DNA of 64,000 bases, from the NCBI GenBank assembly GCA_041320535.1, contig JBGLNH010000001.1, forward strand, positions 1,022,253 to 1,086,252, in the 5' to 3' direction. Under the pieces are notes generated by a model, which was not told the origin of the DNA, did no database searches, and was given only the letters and a program-made list of their open reading frames with translations. The DNA comes from Candidatus Aminicenantes bacterium. GTDB taxonomy: Bacteria; Acidobacteriota; Aminicenantia; Aminicenantales; Saccharicenantaceae. Positions 61,054-64,000 of the stretch are shown piece by piece. A program made the position numbers and the translations under genes. Position 1 is the stretch's first letter. Each line of letters begins with the position of its first letter.

Positions 61054-62177
61054 CCGGATTTTAAGCCCTCCGCCCGGGCCTCGGCGACCCGGCAGAAGGA
61101 TTCGACGGGGGAATCGAGGGAGCCCGTCTCGAGATAGGCGTGGGCCGGGCACCAGAGGCACAGGTTGACGAGGGGGCACTTCCCGCACTTGTCCAGGTAT
61201 TCCCTGCGGTCCGAGGTCCGGGACAGGACATCCGGCAGGAACCCGGTCCAGGCCTCGGCCAGGGGGCCCTTCCTCAGGTCGAAGAGGAAGTCCGGATGGT
61301 GGAGGGACAAGCACGGCCTCAGGTGGCCCTCCGGTCCGACCACGAAGCTCCTCTGGCCGACGCCGCAGCGGAAGATGTGGCGGCACTCGGGGGCGCAGCC
61401 GTCGGGCGCCCCTTCGGCCGGAAGGAGGTCGCCGCAGGCGGCCTGGAGGGCGCCGAAGCGCTGCGGGTCGGCCCTCTCCAGCCGGGCCACTTCCCGGCCG
61501 CTCAGCCGCTCGGCCTTGATGAGCGTGTTCTTGGCCTCGTCGCGGTCGAAGCGGAGATGGAGCTGGGGATCGAAGCGGTAGTAGTCCTTGGTCCGGGCGC
61601 GGCAGAAGTCGGCGATCGCCGGGATCTCGTGCTTGTTGGAGCGCAGGGCCATGGCCTTGAGCCGGACGGGCAGCCCGCCGGCCAGGAGGCGGTCGAGGCC
61701 GGTCCTGAACGCGTCGAACGAGCCGGGCGTTCTGGTCACCCGCTCGTAGGTCTCGCGGGTCACCCCGTAGACCGTCACCTCGATCTCCCGGGGCGGGAAC
61801 TTCTTGAGGAACCGGACGTGCTCGGCCTTGACCAGCGTCGCGTTGGTGAATACGGACAGGAGCAGCCCTTTCCCGAGCAGGGCCGTGTAGAGCTCGAAGA
61901 AATCCTTCCTCAGCAGAGGCTCGCCGCCGGTGATCAGGCACCAGACCGCGCCGAGGGCCGCGGCCTCCCCGCCGATCCGCCCGATCTCCTCGGCGGTGAG
62001 CTCGCGCTTGCGGGCGGACCGGTCCCCCGCCGGGAGGTTGACGTAGCAGTGGCGGCAATCGAGGTTGCAGCGCGCCGTCGCCTCGAGGTCGAAGCTGAAC
62101 ACGGCCCGGCCGGCGGCCATCTTGTCCCAGAGCCGGAATTCGGGGAGCGGCCGGCGGACGACGAACTCCTTGGTCAC
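61050..62177 (-). CDS. Radical SAM/SPASM maturase 3
   Basis: CNLDCRHC, GGEPLLR, FTNATL, CGKCPLVNLCLWCP; GTG start in a GTGA overlap with a cut-off upstream gene. Confidence 0.88.
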   Translation of the reverse strand: MTKEFVVRRPLPEFRLWDKMAAGRAVFSFDLEATARCNLDCRHCYVNLPAGDRSARKRELTAEEIGRIGGEAAALGAVWCLITGGEPLLRKDFFELYTALLGKGLLLSVFTNATLVKAEHVRFLKKFPPREIEVTVYGVTRETYERVTRTPGSFDAFRTGLDRLLAGGLPVRLKAMALRSNKHEIPAIADFCRARTKDYYRFDPQLHLRFDRDEAKNTLIKAERLSGREVARLERADPQRFGALQAACGDLLPAEGAPDGCAPECRHIFRCGVGQRSFVVGPEGHLRPCLSLHHPDFLFDLRKGPLAEAWTGFLPDVLSRTSDRREYLDKCGKCPLVNLCLWCPAHAYLETGSLDSPVESFCRVAEARAEGLKSG

Positions 62178-62204
62178 GCCGTCCCTCCCCCGCCCCGGCG
62201 GAGC

Positions 62205-62871
62205 GTCCGGCGGCGCCGGCGAGGCCGCGGACCGGGTCCTCGTCCTCGAGGCCGGCGTGCCCTTCCTGGTCGGCCTGGCCGGCGGCCAGAAAACGGGCTT
62301 CTATCTCGACCAGCGCGAGTCCCGCCGGCTCGTCCGCGAAACGGCCGCGGGCCGCCGCGTCCTCAACACCTTCGCTTACACGGGGTCCTTCTCGGTCTCG
62401 GCCCTGCTCGGCGGCGCCGTCCGGGCCGATTCCGTCGACTCCTCGGAGGCGGCCCTCGCTTTGGCCCGGGAGAACTTCGAGCTCAACGGCCTCCCTTCGG
62501 ACTCCGGTCTCTTCTTCACCGCCGACGTCTTCGAGTTCCTCCGCGAGCCGGCCCTCGACCACGATTTCATCATCCTCGACCCGCCGGCCTTCGCCAAGAA
62601 GCGGACCGACGTCGTCGCCGCCTGCCGGGGCTACAAGGACATCAACCGGCTGGCTTTCCAGCGGGTCGGGAGGCCCGGTCTCGTCCTGACCTTCTCCTGC
62701 TCCCATTTCGTCGACGAGACCCTTTTCCAGCAGGTCGTGTTCCAGGCGGCGCACGAGGCGGGGAGGCGGGTCCGCATCGTCCAGAAGCACCGCCAGGCCT
62801 TCGACCACCCCGTCAACGTCTACCATCCCGAGACCGCCTACCTGAAAGGGTTCCTGCTCTACGTCGACTGA
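62205..62871 (+). CDS. RlmI/RlmK-type rRNA methyltransferase, C-terminal half
   Basis: GQKTGFYLDQR, FAYTGSFS, LDPPAF, TFSCS, DHP, YLKG; PUA domain missing. Confidence 0.82.
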
Positions 62872-62917
62872 GGAGCGGCCGCGCCCGGCCGGCGGCGGGC
62901 CAGGTTCCTTTCCGCGA

Positions 62918-62946
62918 TTGCCTGGGCCCACGATATCTCATATAAT
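62918..62946 (+). promoter_or_regulatory. sigma70-like promoter
   Basis: TTGCCT-N17-TATAAT. Confidence 0.6.
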
Positions 62947-62993
62947 TCCGGCGGAGCGGCCGCGCCGACGCCGCCGTCCCCCAGGAGGCCGAA

Positions 62994-63446
62994 ATGGAAC
63001 CGAAGGACGAGATCGGACGTCACCTCAGGCCGGCCACCCTGGTCGCGGCGACCATCGTCGCCAGCCTGGTCATCTACCTGGCCGTGGTCGAGGTCCTCAA
63101 GCGGTCGCTCGCGCCTTTCCGCGGTTTCGCCTCCCTCGCCGACATGCAGCCGGTTCGCTACGCGGCCTACGGGGCGGCGGCGGCCGTCGTCCTCCTCCTC
63201 CTCGTCCTGCGGCCCAGGCTCTTCAAGAGGCCGGCGGGGGCCGACACGGCGGCGGCCCTGCAGCGCCTTCAGAAGGCCGCGTTCCTGACCATGGTCCTCG
63301 CGGAGGTCCCGGCCATCCTCGGCCTCGTCCTGTTCGTCGTCGGGGGCGGCGCCGCGGATTTTTACAAGCTCCTCTTCGCCTCGCTCGTGCTCGCCTTCAT
63401 CCACTTTCCCCGGCGCGGCGCCTGGGAAGACTGGCTGAAGGGCTGA
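62994..63446 (+). CDS. Hypothetical membrane protein (about 4 TM)
   Basis: GGAGG SD, four hydrophobic stretches, ends FPRRGAW. Confidence 0.75.
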   Translation: MEPKDEIGRHLRPATLVAATIVASLVIYLAVVEVLKRSLAPFRGFASLADMQPVRYAAYGAAAAVVLLLLVLRPRLFKRPAGADTAAALQRLQKAAFLTMVLAEVPAILGLVLFVVGGGAADFYKLLFASLVLAFIHFPRRGAWEDWLKG

Positions 63447-63472
63447 CCGCCTTGGATACAAAGGGGAACCCC

Positions 63473-64000
63473 ATGAGAGAACGCATCCTATCCGTCTGCC
63501 TGCTCGTCGCCGCGATCGTCGTCGCGCCGTCCGTCGCCCGTCCAGGCCAGGACGCGGCCGCCGCGCCCGAAGCGCCCGGCCTGCGCTACGAGATCTGGGT
63601 CGAGCTCGACGCCGCCGGCAAGATGCTCCTCGGCAAGGAGGAGATCGTCTGGACGAACCCCACCCGGGAGCCCGTCCCCGACATGCTCCTCCACCTCTAC
63701 TGGAACGCCTTCAAGAACGAGGACAGCGCCTTCCTCCGGGAGGCCGCGGCGGGATCGATGTTCAGCCGCGGCGCCGCGCCGGACGACGGCGAGTGGGGCT
63801 GGATCGACGTCACCGACATCCGCCTGGCCGACGGCACCGATCTCAAGCCCGGCCTGAGCTTCGTCACGCCGGACGGCCCGGACCACCCCGGCGACCAGAC
63901 CGTCGCCCGGGTCCTCTTCCCGGCCCCCGTCGAGCCCGGCGAGAGCGTCCGGCTCCGGATCGAGTTCCGGAGCAAGGTCCCCCGGACCGTGGCCCGCTCG
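63473..64000 (+). CDS. Secreted M1-family metallopeptidase, N-terminal part (runs off the window)
   Basis: Signal peptide, TN..PVPDMLLHLYWNAF, typical of M1 N-terminal domains; HEXXH lies beyond the window. Confidence 0.65.
   Translation, partial: MRERILSVCLLVAAIVVAPSVARPGQDAAAAPEAPGLRYEIWVELDAAGKMLLGKEEIVWTNPTREPVPDMLLHLYWNAFKNEDSAFLREAAAGSMFSRGAAPDDGEWGWIDVTDIRLADGTDLKPGLSFVTPDGPDHPGDQTVARVLFPAPVEPGESVRLRIEFRSKVPRTVARS

Noticed and set aside
46829-62871. fmt, rodA and rlmI (also lptE and the racemase) as pseudogenes
   Set aside because: All are cleanly cut at or near segment ends with no internal decay; the missing parts are probably on other contigs.
60190-62871. HEAT protein, rib genes or rRNA methyltransferase as RiPP tailoring genes
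   Set aside because: HEAT and rib genes are on the opposite strand in a housekeeping operon; the methyltransferase lies across a junction.
1-64000. CRISPR array, rRNA, integrase or transposase genes
   Set aside because: No regularly spaced direct repeats, rRNA signatures or mobile-element ORFs were recognised.

Overview
High-GC (about 70% by eye) bacterial DNA from a diderm: lptE, outer-membrane barrels and mreBCD-mrdA-rodA are present. The peptidase and glycosidase content suggests an Aminicenantes/Acidobacteriota-like organism, but that is inference only. The window is almost certainly not one continuous locus. Genes are cut mid-motif at about 6714, 14905, 22995, 31015, 38885, 46700, 54487 and 62205, and the intervals shrink steadily (about 8.19, 8.09, 8.02, 7.87, 7.82, 7.79, 7.72 kb), as expected for length-sorted contigs joined without spacers. 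Gene neighbourhoods can therefore only be trusted within each segment. Housekeeping content: uvrA, holB, holA, tyrS, rpsT, murJ, dtd, rho, lon, tig, tRNA-Leu(TAG), def, mreBCD, mrdA, recJ, ftsY, ribD/ribE/ribBA. The best candidate for a new system is a multi-radical-SAM RiPP pathway that may be split over two segments. One part holds an rSAM/SPASM enzyme fused to an HprK-like kinase, a second rSAM/SPASM, a PqqD/RRE and an S24/S26 peptidase (35149-38886). The other holds a third paralogous rSAM/SPASM followed by a 60-aa precursor with its own promoter, a lasso-type leader, six Cys and a C-terminal Ser (60807-62177). Also notable: a response regulator-HEAT-GT2-TPR/YaiO operon, a UvrA lacking its insertion domain, a Lon with its long helix replaced, EfpL, and three families of dispersed palindromic elements.
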